Of a stretch of 64,000 nucleotides of DNA, positions 26,885 through 39,708 are shown piece by piece. Each line of letters begins with the position of its first letter. The stretch's first letter is position 1. The notes under the pieces are model-generated. The model searched no databases. It saw only the letters and a list, made by a program, of their open reading frames with translations, and was not told where the DNA came from. Source of the DNA: Marsupella aquatica (taxonomy: Eukaryota > Plantae > Marchantiophyta); contig OZ316892.1 of assembly GCA_973895155.1 (NCBI GenBank), positions 20,471,869 to 20,535,868 on the forward strand. The letters are read 5' to 3'. Made by a program: the position numbers and the translations under genes.

Positions 26885-27189
26885 TCTGGGGTCCTCACTT
26901 CTTTTCTTCCGACCCATCACGCGCAAATAAGTATAGGGTTTTTTTATTGGGTTTAGTGAAATATTTTTAAATTGTTGTTGAAGAACATTAGGGTTATTTT
27001 AATCCAATTTTGAGAATTATAAGAATCATGGGGTTTTTTAAAATCAAATATGAGAATATTCTTGGAATATTCCATTAAGTTAGGGGTAAAAAAATTCCTA
27101 AAAAAACTTTATTGACTTAACTTTTAGGGTGTTTATTCCCCCAAAACTTTGAGCATGATATGGGACACCCCTTGGATTGAGGCCCCCGA
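26885..27189 (+). mobile_element. MITE with 9-bp TSD (Mutator-like)
   Basis: Direct repeat gcagagatg at 26876-26884 and 27190-27198; TIR tctggggtcctca / tgaggcccccga. Homologous inverted copy at ~51656-51945 and partial relatives at ~5550-5740 and ~27860-28030. Confidence 0.75.
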
Positions 27190-30100
27190 GCAGAGATGGA
27201 GGTGGGGCATGGCCCGAATGAGTGTCTATTTTGGCAGATTGACAAATTGTTGGTGAGGGTGTTTACTTCTTGCACCCATTGCATTTTTGTCATGAAATCT
27301 GTAAGCCCATCTGCAATAAATTTATACCCCTTTTTCTTATGTGAAACCAGGCAGCGGAGGAGGGCAGTGAGTCCCATACAAAGGGTGACATGGACAGTAG
27401 GGACGAGTTTACTTGTGTCGGGCCCACTAGCACAGGAGAGCAGTCATTTGCATAGGCCCGTGGAAGTGGTGCTGGGAGCCGGAGTGCGGCAGCCCAAGAG
27501 GATCAAGGAGAGAGATCAGGGGGAGGATGAGGAGGAGGGGGTCCCCCCCCCCCACACACACACACATAGTCACATAATTACACACAAGCCCACAAGGGGA
27601 AGGAGAATGGGAAGGGGAAGAAGTCATAGAGGGGAAGGAATTCCCCTTTGTAGTTTAGAGATATAGAACAGGCTTTTTATTATTGAGGATTTCCATCTCA
27701 GTATTCTGGTATACATTCAGGTATTCAAATCCATAGGGACACCCCCACCCCAAATCCTAAGCCTTACTTAACCCTAACCTTAATTATCCCCAAACCTATA
27801 TATACATAACAGAACCGTTTGCAAACCAATTGCACACCACATATATATAGCAGAACAGAAGAGTCTTTTATATCCAATTTTGAGACTTATGAGAACATTA
27901 GGGTCTTTTTAATCAAAGTTTTGTGATATTCCAAAAATATTCTAATTTTATAGGGATTAAAAATAAAATTAAAATCTTACATTTTAGTGGGTCTGAGACC
28001 CAAGAACGTTGCAGGTGATCGTGAGACCCCCGATGTAAATTCTGACCAGCTAGGATGATTCAATTCTGCAAGGGCTCAAGTGCAACTTGCCTTTTGTAGT
28101 TTCACTCATTTTATCCATCATATGGGAATCTATATGGACTTTGAAGGCTGGCTGTTCAATTTTTGAGTGGCAGTGTTTTTCTTTATACCACATTTAGTGT
28201 CCACAATTTCTTCTTGCATTTGTTTGACTGATGCATTGTGTGCATGTATGCCACTGCTCAGAAATGAAGCTCAGATGGATCTCTAGGTGTGCCAAATACT
28301 CCCATATATTGATTTCTGCCTAAGTAACCCCAATTAATTGTGAATTACTCGCGATGTCTGAAAAATTATTGCATCAGAGTTGCATGGCTCACAATATCTA
28401 CTTTCCACGGGCAGCCCAAATACCAGATGGGCCACCGGGACTCCACTATGCCCGCGTACACAAACACAATCTAAATATCAAAATTTTGTGCTAGCTAAGA
28501 ATTAGTGCGTGACTTCACTGAGTAGGTCATGAATTGTAAAGTTGCTCATGAATTATATAATCATTATTATTATTAACAAAAAGTTGTGCACTACTGTAGT
28601 TCCCCTCTGACTTTCTTTTTAGGCATTAGTTTTAGCAGCGTACAAGTCAGACCCCTGCAGCTCTGTACCTATCCTATACTGCATGTACTGTCGTTTCAAC
28701 ATAGTTGCACTCCCAATCACCCTCCCCATCATTGCAGAGACAATCAGCCATTGCACATCAATTTGGAATCCATGAAGGAACAAAACTATGCATATATTAT
28801 TACTTAGCAAAGATAGCTTAGACCAGTTTTTTTTTAAGGTCTGGGGCGAGTATCCACGGTGTCAACTGCCCATTCGCTTGCCTAAGAAGAGGTGACGACC
28901 TCCTGTTGCATCCCTCAGGAGGGGTGGTGATTTCTTGCCCACCTGGTACATACATAGGCAGGTACATAGCTAGGTATGCTAACATGGGGTATAATTGATC
29001 AAGTACAGTTCTTTGGTAGTACACTGGCGACCAAGAACATTAGTAGGATGCTGACAAGCCATCCCAAGAGTGGCTCACTAGCTTGGGAGGGACTGGCTAA
29101 CCTACACAGTCACATCTCATAACTGCTCCTGGTTACACACGTCAGAATGTGGCCAATTAAATTTTCAAACCTTCCCTTTGTTAAGGCTAGTAGCCCTACC
29201 GAATACTAAGGCAGACTTTGGCCAATTTAAAAAACACTGACTTAGATTCTCCTAGACAGAGTGCCAACAGCATTGATGAGTATATCAGAAAAGCAAGTGG
29301 AGCAAGGTTTTAGCTCATCGCACTATTGAAGTAGACATGTATCATTAGCTCAACACATTATTGCAATGGTACATCTTTATATCTCTCTTAACTACACCTC
29401 TTTTACTTTTCCTCGCTCCATTCTACTTTGCTTGGCTCCTTTTTATAAATTGGCTGTTCTCTTTAAATTTTCAAAACCCTCTCCATGACTTTGAGAACCC
29501 AAAGGAAATTTCGAAGAAGGAACGCCCCATTTAACGATGTGTCGCTAAATTCAACGACCTGGATTCCGGCCATGTGGGAATTGAAGCAACGAGTGTTCAA
29601 ACAATGTTCGGAGGCTATAAAGAGCTGGAACTCCTGAGGACTAGCATAAGTATGGACCAGTACATGCCTTCTCGAAGTGGTGTTGGGAGCCTACCTCAGA
29701 CACTGACTTGGAGCAAGCAAGCAATGTTGGTCTATGGGCGTGACCTTCATCTGAATTGAGTGTAGGATTGTTGCAATCTGAGTCTCCTAGTTTCGCCCCG
29801 ACCGAGTGAAAATCTCTGCGTTTCCTCTCCACATTGCTAGCACGGAATCGAATGGTCTTCGTGGCCCGAGCCTTACTGTCAATCCCGCCGTCTGAGATCA
29901 GGTCAACGACGTTAGAGTTAACGAGCATTGTTGGAATTCGCTGCATTAATAGGTAAGCATGTTAAACTTGGCTTGGTTTGTCAGCGGGAGATCAGCTTGG
30001 TCCACTTAGCTTAGAGACTGGTGCTGTGCTTTTCTCTTGATTCAGTGTTCTTGGACTTGACGAGCCTAGTTTTCAATTGGCTTGGAAAGGTGTTGTATCC

Positions 30101-31045
30101 GTTGATTTTCCTCGTGCATTTCTACTCCTCTAGCTCTTGACTAGAAGAAGGCTACTCTAGAATAATGTGAAAGTTTGAGATCTTTGACCGCATTGTGTCG
30201 CTGCACCTATTTCGAGTTAAGACTAGAAATTGATGTTTTCTGTGAAACTCGTCGGTGAGAATCTTCCAATCACTCGGAGCCTCATGAGCGTGATAACGAA
30301 AAACTCGCCATCGAGAGAGCCAGCGCGCGCAGTAAAAATTCGTGCTACCTTAAAGTTTAATCTAGCCGTTTGCGTGAGTACTACATACGAGATTTGTTCC
30401 ATACAGCGCTCCTCTCCCTCTCCACACTAATAAATTCACTGCGGGAACTACTTCTCTAAGTGTCTCTATTTAGCTGTTACCTCGCCGGCCACGGCTTCTA
30501 TTTGGACACTAACGTACTACGGGTGGCTAGACAGAGTATTTGCCTTGTCAGGAGACTGATTCCGTTGTTTGCAGATGAGAAGGGTTTCTGACTGATTTAA
30601 GAAGAGAGTGCTGGGATCGTCTTGAGGAAAGAGTATCGTCTCTCACGGTAATTTCAAAATCCTGAGTCTACTAGCATGAGAACTTATTGTTAGTACTCCG
30701 GTTCGATGTTCAGACTGCCATTGAGGCCAGCCAGTTGTCTTTCACTGGAAGACCGGCTCATTGAATTGTGATATTTAGTGGTCTGGGAAGGTACCCGACC
30801 CGACCCTATTGCTTCAAGATTCTGACAATGCTTAGCCCGGTAGAGTCTTGCTTGCCTGTCGGTTAGCTGTGTTCGAGTTGCAACAATTTTTTTGCCATAG
30901 TGGCAAAAGCAGCTGCCAAATTTAGTCCTTCTTGTCCCAAATATTAGCAAACTTTTCTTGTCCAAGAGTTTTTAAGTTCTGCACTAATGGTTTTATTTCT
31001 ACCAATCAGAACTCAGACGTAGAAAGCTAAGCGGAACTAGCTATA

Positions 31046-32335
31046 ATGTCGACTCCAGCATCCTCACCACCCGCTCAAACATTCACGCCAACTGCGCCTG
31101 TTACCACCCCAGCATCACCACCTTCGTCAGGGATCTTGTCATCTGACTTGTTCCTACCCGCAATCAGCTTATATCCATTCCTTCCATGTCTGGTTGGAGT
31201 TCTTACGTTGGCATCATATCTGTTCATATTGCTGCTTATGCGATGTTGGAACGCGAGGCGGTTCAAAACGGAACTCTTGAAAGAGACACTTCTTAACAAG
31301 GATCTGAGTAACGTCTTGAAGGGGATCGCGAGTAATAGAGGTGACAAAACGCGATCAATGCTGGATGTCTCTGTGGAAGGTTTTCAAGATGAAGACGCTA
31401 ACGAAATAATGGGGGTAGGAGGTTTTAACGCGGACCTGAATGACGTGATGAAGGGGATCGGAGGTGATGCAGGTCACAAAAACCTTCCGGATGTTACTGT
31501 GGATCTTTCACCAGATGAAGACGGTACCGAAACACTGGGGGTAGAAGTTTTCAGAGCACAAGTGTTTTCCTCGAGACTCCACGATCTTTGCCGCAAGTTT
31601 TCTACCATTCTTGCAAGTGAGAGACGAATAATATCCTTCCTGATTCCACGTTGGACGTGGAGTAGGAGGGAGTATGTTATGTCCCTCATTACGGCGAAGA
31701 AGCAACCTTCAAAAGTGGTAGACGAACAGTCATCCATTGATCAAGGTTCCGTGTTCTGCGTACCAGTATCAATCCCGTTCATTCGGAAGAGGATACAGAG
31801 ATCCAGTTCGGACCCTCGTTTGGAAGGACCCCAAGTATTGGCAAATATCTGCAAGGATGCAACTTTTGAAGGAGCTCAGTTGGCAGTTGTTTGCAAGGCG
31901 GTCCAAATAATGCAAGAAAACCTGGAGGGCCGATGGAGGATGTCCTTCAGCATAATCAGGTTTACAGTTGCCAACCTTCTGACAATCTACGCCTTCTGGT
32001 ACACCAACGTCAACACGATAGAGTACCTTTCCGCTTACATCGCAGGAGAGTTGGTAAGCAGCGTGTACAGTCAGCCTTTGATCGATTGGCTGATTCCCAA
32101 ACTCGATCAGCAGATCGGGAATGTAGTGTTGATGCTCAAGCTGCATTTGGAGCACGAAGTATCGTCTGGTGCATCGCGGGAGGAGCTTCCTTTGACGGAC
32201 TGGGTGCGCAGCTATTTCAGAGGGTTTGACGAAGTAAAAGAACTTCTAAGTATTTGCGATCAGGGAGTTAAGGCGAGGAAGGGAGGTTTCCTTCGCAGGG
32301 CAGCAAAGTCTTTAGCCAGAATGTCCCTTTCTTAA
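31046..32335 (+). CDS. Uncharacterised membrane protein, paralogue 2 (429 aa)
   Basis: Intact ORF aligning full length with paralogue 1. The upstream intron and 3' flank share motifs with paralogue 1 (ctcattgaattgtga, acccgacccga, cactactcaga). Confidence 0.8.
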   Translation: MSTPASSPPAQTFTPTAPVTTPASPPSSGILSSDLFLPAISLYPFLPCLVGVLTLASYLFILLLMRCWNARRFKTELLKETLLNKDLSNVLKGIASNRGDKTRSMLDVSVEGFQDEDANEIMGVGGFNADLNDVMKGIGGDAGHKNLPDVTVDLSPDEDGTETLGVEVFRAQVFSSRLHDLCRKFSTILASERRIISFLIPRWTWSRREYVMSLITAKKQPSKVVDEQSSIDQGSVFCVPVSIPFIRKRIQRSSSDPRLEGPQVLANICKDATFEGAQLAVVCKAVQIMQENLEGRWRMSFSIIRFTVANLLTIYAFWYTNVNTIEYLSAYIAGELVSSVYSQPLIDWLIPKLDQQIGNVVLMLKLHLEHEVSSGASREELPLTDWVRSYFRGFDEVKELLSICDQGVKARKGGFLRRAAKSLARMSLS

Positions 32336-33444
32336 TGGACCCTCGCACTACTCAGAATGTAGCGAGTAGAGTTCAGCGAGCTAGAGCTGTCCACTTTGGA
32401 CAAGTTGCTCTAGACTCACCTTCCTAGATGTGTTTCTGTTCACTAAATGAATCACTTGATACAACCACCGCTGGAAGCTTTCGAACTTACGATATTGCAC
32501 TCAAGTCTGCTGCACACTTGGCAGGAGGACCTTTTGTTTCTACCTAGTTAACTGTAGGGGCACAAGCGAGATATCTACATATATAGCCCATGTCGATTTG
32601 ACATACTGATTAATATCGTCTGTCAATTCTGGAGGTCAATTAGACATGTCAATTGAGCAAGACGCCAATTGTCTTCAGACTACGCTTAGTTCCAAAACCT
32701 GTAATATATGTACGTGACATCTGATTGTTTATCGTGTATTTATTTGTCTCAAATATAATTCACATTCCCCCTGACTTGATAATGCTTTGGACAATCCTCT
32801 TTTCAACAACTTTTGGTTCCGACTGTTCCGCCCAGTTGGTAGAAACATGTCAAGTCATGAAGCTTTCGTCAACATATTTTCTAAAGGGATTTAACGTTGC
32901 TGCTTGACAAAAAACAGGTGGAACATCTATTCATGTAAAACCAGCTTTTCTACCAGGGAGCCCAAATGAATGCCCCCTGGATGCATGAATACAAAAGAAG
33001 CCAGATTGGAGAGTGCTCCAGGTAGACTTCAATTTCTATTGATGTTCGCTGACGCATGGTCATCTGTGGTTTATCATGCGTTACCATGTCTCAAGGACAG
33101 TGGACGGTTAATTAGCTGAAGAAATACGAAGAAATCCTTCTCAAAGGAGAACTCACAAATTCATTTCAAACTTGCTTTCATTAAATGACGCTATCCCAGC
33201 GCCTAATTACGATGAAATCACTTCTGATACCACTACCATTGCCCTTGCAAGATAGAACCAGATTTGATGACGATGCAGAAAAAGTTTTAAACCACACTTG
33301 ATCCTTGGATCTCATTGTACACATTCACTTAAATGACATAATTTATAGATTGAATCACATTTTCAGGCTTTCTACTCACTGTCATCTGGGTGACCTTGGT
33401 GAGGAAGCTTAGCTGGACATCTACCTTTCAAAACAAAGATCTCA

Positions 33445-33771
33445 TAAGCAACTGGCTTCAGTGAGTTGGCCAGGGGATTAGCTTAGAACCAAGCAAGAGA
33501 TCTCAAGTTCAATGCCCCCTTCACACACAAGGGTGCTGAGGGTATGTGTGTGTTTGTGTGGGTGTAGTGTCTGGTAAGAGTACTGGTCTCTCCTCGGCCT
33601 CCGGCTGGCCGCTTTGTATTTGGTTCTGGTCCAACCCTCTCTCTTTCCTGGTACCAGTCTGTCCCTGTTAGATTTCTAGGTTTGGTCCCCCTTGTGGGTT
33701 ACCCTACTGTGGTGCACATTCCAAAGTAGAATGTGTATCCTTGGATGGGTCTACTTTCAAGGACCAAAAAA
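33445..33771 (+). mobile_element. tRNA-derived SINE (~325 bp), copy in duplicate A
   Basis: Head with A-box-like tggcttcagtgagttgg and B-box-like aagttcaat(g)cccc; A-tail; imperfect 15-bp TSD aaaacaaagatctca / aaaacatagatgtca. Confidence 0.65.
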
Positions 33772-35433
33772 AAAACATAGATGTCACTGAGATTTAAGTT
33801 CTCAAGAAACAAATTTATAATCTACATTTATATATTCTCTTATAATTAAAACACAATCCCTGTAGTATAGTTCACTATTGATGGTGGGGACCAGGCAGGA
33901 CAGCTGGGCAGCATGGGCACAGCAACGGGCAGTTGCAGGGCAGGTCATCTGCGATGTATTCAACTTCAATTAGTGACTCCCAATCTGTGAAGTACATTGG
34001 TTCCTTCACTGGCAGGGTTTTTGCAATCTGGAGATTGTGAGGTCAAAACGAGCTACCTTAGTTATTGTTTAGGGGTATGTAATGGAGACTGTGCTGTAAT
34101 AAATACTTCAGTAGTTTCAGCCGTAATTCTGAGGATGTCACTCCTCGTGCTCCTCACATCATTGTTTCATGGACCTCCAGAATGTTATTCTTCGTGCTCC
34201 TCACATCATGTAAAGTCACCTCCACGCAGCTGATGAACTTCGTTGAATAAATTATCAGAATGCACGGATTTGCAGGTGTTAGTAGTTTTTCCCGTGGCCA
34301 TGAACAATCGCAAGGCTATAGACTGTTACCCGTTCACCAGGCAGTGACAATCTCTCTATGACACTATCAAGTCTGCATACTTATTTTTTAAGTAGAGTGC
34401 ATGGATCAATTGATACAGGTGGTTAGATAGAGACAATTCGAGACTCGAGAGTGAATGCAATATGCGCATGAAAGATTATGGCTAAAATCATTCTAGCTAC
34501 TGGCGAGTACAGATTGCGACTCTTCTTCTCTGCAAGAAACTAGCTGATGATGAGTGTGCCATAAAGGTAGGAATCAGGACACAAGGTGTACAGCACGGGA
34601 CGTGCAGATTTACAGTACGTTAGCAATAATACCAAGAGCTAATAATAAATTGTACACCGGCAGTAGCGCTACAGTGCCTGGACGCCCTGGAGCTTGGAAA
34701 ATCTTGGTTCCACTTATTCAACAGCACGTGAAACAATAGCGAAACAGGGGAAGTGGTTTTCTGAGAGTACATCCTTTTCCCGGGTAATTAGAAAATGATG
34801 ATTGAAGCGTTTTATCTCTAAACGCGAGGTGGGACAGTAATTTTTGGTGGTCCCTTGCGCCGTCTCGCTAGTCTGCTTAGCAGCCACTCACTGGATGTCC
34901 AACAGTGAAGACCGTTGACTCTCAATCACTTTAGTGGCATTCGACAAGTTACACTGGGAACGTCATTCTCAAATATCCACGAGATTGCATACATAGGCAC
35001 CTCGCATAGTTCGCTTCGAGTCTTCTCTAAAGGACAGGGTTTTGTCTACACACTAGATAACATCAGGTCAAGTAGACAATGGCCTTAGCAAAGGTGTTTA
35101 GTGCCGCATAAATACAGAGTGGAGAACACGATTAATGAAAGACACTAGTGCTTGCGCGCAGGACGGAGATTATCGAATTATCAAAGCATCTGTGGAAGAA
35201 CGAGTTCGTGCATCGAGACTTGAGATTAACCGGATTACCGAACCAGAATTAGGACCAGTAGAGTCTCGCATGGCAAATTATCAGAGCTTATATAGGATTG
35301 ATTAGCAGACCTCGTGATAAAACGCCACCGTCCTGGGGAATAGACAAAGCGATGACGGACAGAATGAATAGTGCGGGCAAGCGACGAAACCTCACGAGCC
35401 CAGAAATCCGGGTGCTCCCTTTTTAATTGTTTT

Positions 35434-35810
35434 TTTAGCGCGGATACTGCGCTCTCTTGGCAACTGTATTGGTTGCTCTTACAGGACGAGGAGATTCACA
35501 GTTCTTGTCCAACTGGAACTGCATTACACAAGCCTCCAAGTTTTCTACTCGGAATGAACGCAAATGACGGCAGGGCTGTTAGTACAACCGGTACGATGGG
35601 CCCAGGTCCCAAATATTGAATTCGAAAACAAAATCGAAAGCCCGAAAGGATTGGGTAGAGAAGACATGTTACTTTCGACGCATAGATGGATCGGCAGAGA
35701 TGGAATCAAAACTATACGGTAGAAGTAGGACAGGTCCGCTCTGAGGCCGTGAGGAGGAGAATCTAGTTGCCAGAATACAGTTGCCAAGAGAGCGCAGTAT
35801 CCGCGCTAAA
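35434..35810. repeat. Perfect 37-bp inverted repeat bounding a ~300-bp segment
   Basis: tttagcgcggatactgcgctctcttggcaactgtatt (35434-35470) is the exact reverse complement of 35774-35810. Confidence 0.9.
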
Positions 35811-38800
35811 GGAAAAAAATACCAAAAATGGAGTTGAATTCTAAGGAGAATGTTCACCAATTTATATCCTTGGCAGCTGATTGGGAGTTTTCGTCAATTG
35901 GTTGGAAAATGCATAGAACCCCAATCAGTCTGCCAATTAATCTCCTAATTTAGGGTGAAACAGCCTCACTTTGTAACTTGCAATTTTGTAAACTAAAGGG
36001 AATTCATGGTTGAGGCTTCTCGTAAACATCCAAAGGGGGAACTACATAAGCGGCGTTTGTGCCAATCTCTCAAATCTCTTCAGCGTATATGCCACACAGC
36101 AGTCCCGAGTAATCCCTTGTGGCATCTTGTAAACATTGCTCACTCTGACACAACTCTTTTTGAAGTGCTTTACTATCATTCATGAAGGGTAAGGAGAATC
36201 GCGCAATCATACATCTTTCAAGTTAATCACATGTGTTGGATTCTCTCCCACGAGCTACATTGGGAGCCTCGTTGCTGCGATTCCTCACATTCCCCCAGCT
36301 TTGCCCTACTCCTGTTACCCTTGAGCATAGTAGAGCACCCTCCCAATGTTGTTAACTATCCGGCCTTGGCATTTCCCCAACTTACCGTCCTCTGCTTTAA
36401 TGCGTACTCGCCCAGGCCTCGTTATTGAGAATGTACTTTTAACGACATTTCAAACTGTCGAGTCTATTTTAAATCCAACAACGAGATCAGGAATCATGCA
36501 GCTGCCAGGTGATTTCGAACCCAGCTTCACGCGCTGTACTTCGATCCTGGGTGTTTCGTGACACTGGCTTGATTTTGGATTGCTGCTTTGCCCGCCCCCT
36601 AGCGATAAGTAGAGTGCTCTGATCCAAATCATTGTCAGTTCGTCGAACTTATATACACCATAAACAAATACAACGCAATGTCGTGGCCCTAGGTTCTACC
36701 AAGAGTTTGGTTGCAACGCTTCCATTTGCATTGCTCGGTAGTTTCGTTTTTATCAGTTAAGTACGTCATTGTCAAGTCACCAAGGGAATGAGGACGGAGG
36801 CTTTTGTCACTTCCAAAAAATGAGGGGAGAAACCATGGCACGCTTTCGAGAGAGAGGAGGCACACAGGACAGGGAAGGGAGCGAAGCAGGCAAGGTGACC
36901 AGACTCTGCCCCAGTGGCCCCGTCGACTGCAGTAGTTTAAAAGTCTGTCTGGAACAACAAGGATCCTGTCAAGGAAATCATTGGGCTGAGGAGGAGGAGG
37001 AAATGGTTTTGCCCGATGGTGTTTGTTTGCATGTTGGCTCAGCTCGTAGAGCATTCCTGACTGCTGAGCTCTTGTCGTGTGTCCAAAATTATCGCGTAGC
37101 ATCGCAGCGTAGTTGCAAGGCTGGGAAACTTGCCGCTAAGAACTTCAGAAATTTCTTCCCAGCTATGCTAGATAGGCTGCTTCTCTCCACCAAGGTGCGT
37201 GATTGCCTCAGCTTCAGAATTGTAATACATGGTCCAGGAGGAGCTGTTTTAGAGAAGTGTCTGTGGTGGCAGCTCTCGCCCCTGCCCGCCATTGTTAATC
37301 CCGGCCACGCGGGGGCTCTAGTGGGCAAGTCAGTCGTTGGCCAAGCGGGGAGCAGAAACTTCAGTCCTTCTTTCTTTGACCTCACGTCGATTCTCAGCAG
37401 TGGAGGCAGACACTCAATTCGCTTCTAGGATAATCAATAATGATTCACACTTCGACATTTGATCAACATGCCTGGAAATTTCTGGAGCCACACTTGTCTA
37501 TGCAAAACAGGCTCTTACTTGGTACAGGAGTTCGAGACACCGCCGAGATTGTACATACATTGGAGTATTTTAGTTTTTTGAAGAGCTATTTTCGGTCTTC
37601 TCCCAGCTGCTAACGAATTATACCAAACCCCAAGCACCGATAGCTATGAACACAAGCTTCGAAATGTGGTCATTGAAGTACGTAATAGATTGCCTCACAG
37701 TGAAGTCATCAGGCCCTTTGTTCAGTACTTGCTCAAGCTTTCGATGCATGTGCTGTCTTCTGGTGGGGCCTCTTTGTCCCCGTTGGGTCATTCCCTTTTC
37801 CTTTCCTTACCAAGAACGTTAGACCCTTGCTAGGTCTTCACGCCAAGTCTCCAGGACCTAGACCGATTTCTATCCTGGGCCACAACTTCAATTAGCAGGA
37901 CTGAGTTCTCATTGAGCTTCCCAATGTGGAAATATCTACTTCTATAATATGCAATGCCGCCAAAAAGCTCTTTCGTCTCCTTACAAATTCAGACCTGAGC
38001 CCTCACATGTTTTCATTTTTTTTTTGTACCCTTGGATTGATTGACCAGGTATGTCAAATGATATGGTCATTTTAATAGTAAAATATAGAATATAGGAGAT
38101 GATACTGATCTGACATAGTATATGAGAAGATACTTATGTGACATCATCTTAAATGTGTTTTTTTTTTCAAGTAATAAAAGTACACGTGAATGGAAGGAGA
38201 ATCTTTTGGGGCATGAGAAATTTTTGGATTTTTTCAGAGCCTATGAGACTCTAGAAGGAAGGAAAATGGGTTAATTTTCTCCTTCTTTTCTGTCTTTAGT
38301 TGTACATTTTTTCTGTTTATTTAATGGTGCCAATGTAAGGAAAAAAAAGAGTAATGGTGTTGCATAGGAGTGTAAAAATAGGAAAAAGGGGTAGAGAAAA
38401 AATAAAATATTCCCCTCCCAATAGTATCAAAGCACTCCGGGCCATCATCTCCCTTGCACTCACTCTCACCCTCCCACATCCTTGCTCTCCCCAACAATAT
38501 AGTTTTCACAACAAAACAACATCTTCTTCCAAAATAAAATAAAAATGCAAAAGTAAAGTCAACTGTTTTTACATGTTTTGATTGTATTTTTTGTTTTATG
38601 TTTTATAGAAAATCGGTCCCAAATTTGTTATTCCATCTATACCTCCAACATTCTCTTTGAAAATCTTTTCAAAAAATGCATCTTTAATGAAGACCAAGAA
38701 GGTCAAGCTCCCAACATCTTTTCTCCACAAGACATGTATTGTTTGACATGCCCCCTCATCTCTATTAGTCTCGCTTAAATTGCCTTGATTCTTTCCCAAG

Positions 38801-39132
38801 TCGGGAGCCCAGCTCTTTGCCCCCATTTGCATCTTTTGTCCAGTCTTTAGTTCCATCTTTTGTATCAATAACAATAAAGATTTCTTGCCCAACTCTTGCC
38901 CATGTACTCTCATTACCCATTTGCGCCTTATCCCATATGTTGACTTGAATTAATTACATTAATTACTTGACTACATAATTCATGTGCTATTTTGAACAAG
39001 ATCTCCGCATTGACAACACTTTTCACATGAAATGGGCAAGAAAGAATTAGGGAAAATCCAATATTTTAGTTTGATCCACCTAAAAACCCCAGCTTTTAAT
39101 TAACAGTTCTTTACCTTACCTCAATGTATCAG

Positions 39133-39517
39133 TGTTGAGCATAGACGACGATCGCAACGGCAAGCCCATGAACCATCCAACGCACAATAGTCGACACAAG
39201 AGATACGTGGTTCACCTCCTTGAGGCTACGTCCACGGGAACACACAAGAGAGCTTTACTGAACTCTAAGCCCGTCGGCTATACCGAGTCTCCACAGTGTA
39301 AGCTCTCCCTATCTCTCAAGTGGCTCCATAACAATGAGCCTTGGTTCTACCTCTCCAAGCACACATGCCTCTTATGATATAGTGTGCAACTTAGTTGTAC
39401 CTAACCACATAGTTGTACATAATCACGTAGTTGTACCTAACCACGTAGTTGTACCAACCCACGTTGTTGTACCAACCACGTCATACCTAACCTAGACGTA
39501 AGAGTAAATACCCAACA
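39133..39517 (-). repeat. 3' LTR of copia (385 bp)
   Basis: Matches 45171-45591 except one substitution (39419) and a 36-bp repeat-number difference. Adjacent polypurine tract (tcaaggggaagat on the minus strand, 39518-39530). Confidence 0.97.
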
Positions 39518-39708
39518 ATCTTCCCCTTGACTCTGGTCTAGGGGAGAGTAATACTGCCAATGTATATGATCCCTCAGCGAGAAGTTCTGGACAGAAACCA
39601 AACCGGTTTCCCTCTCTAACTAGAGCAAACCAGAACTAAGCCGTAGCCTAATACATAGGAATGAGGAAGAGCATATATCAGTAATTACAATGAATGTTTA
39701 AGAAAACT

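Larger units (their letters stand above)
29429..36727 (+). repeat. Segmental duplication, copy A (~7.3 kb)
   Basis: Colinear high identity with 56321-64000, from tgcttggctcctttttataaattg to the window end. Confidence 0.95.

Noticed and set aside
28827-29160. Possible minus-strand SINE ending in an A-tail
   Set aside because: No TSD, no convincing A/B boxes and no second copy in the window.
29574-30965. Short ORFs conserved between duplicates A and B
   Set aside because: Conservation reflects recent DNA duplication, and several differ by frameshifting indels between the copies.
33860-33950. Cys/Pro-rich minus-strand mini-exon (LPCNCPLLCPCCP) after a plausible acceptor
   Set aside because: The duplicate at ~60600-60670 has a stop in that frame, and the frame in which the differences are synonymous begins with a stop.
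36689-37428. 219-aa plus-strand ORF and overlapping minus-strand ORFs
   Set aside because: No ATG at the called start, no recognisable motif and no consistent splice model. It may be UTR or exon sequence of an unseen gene but cannot be supported.
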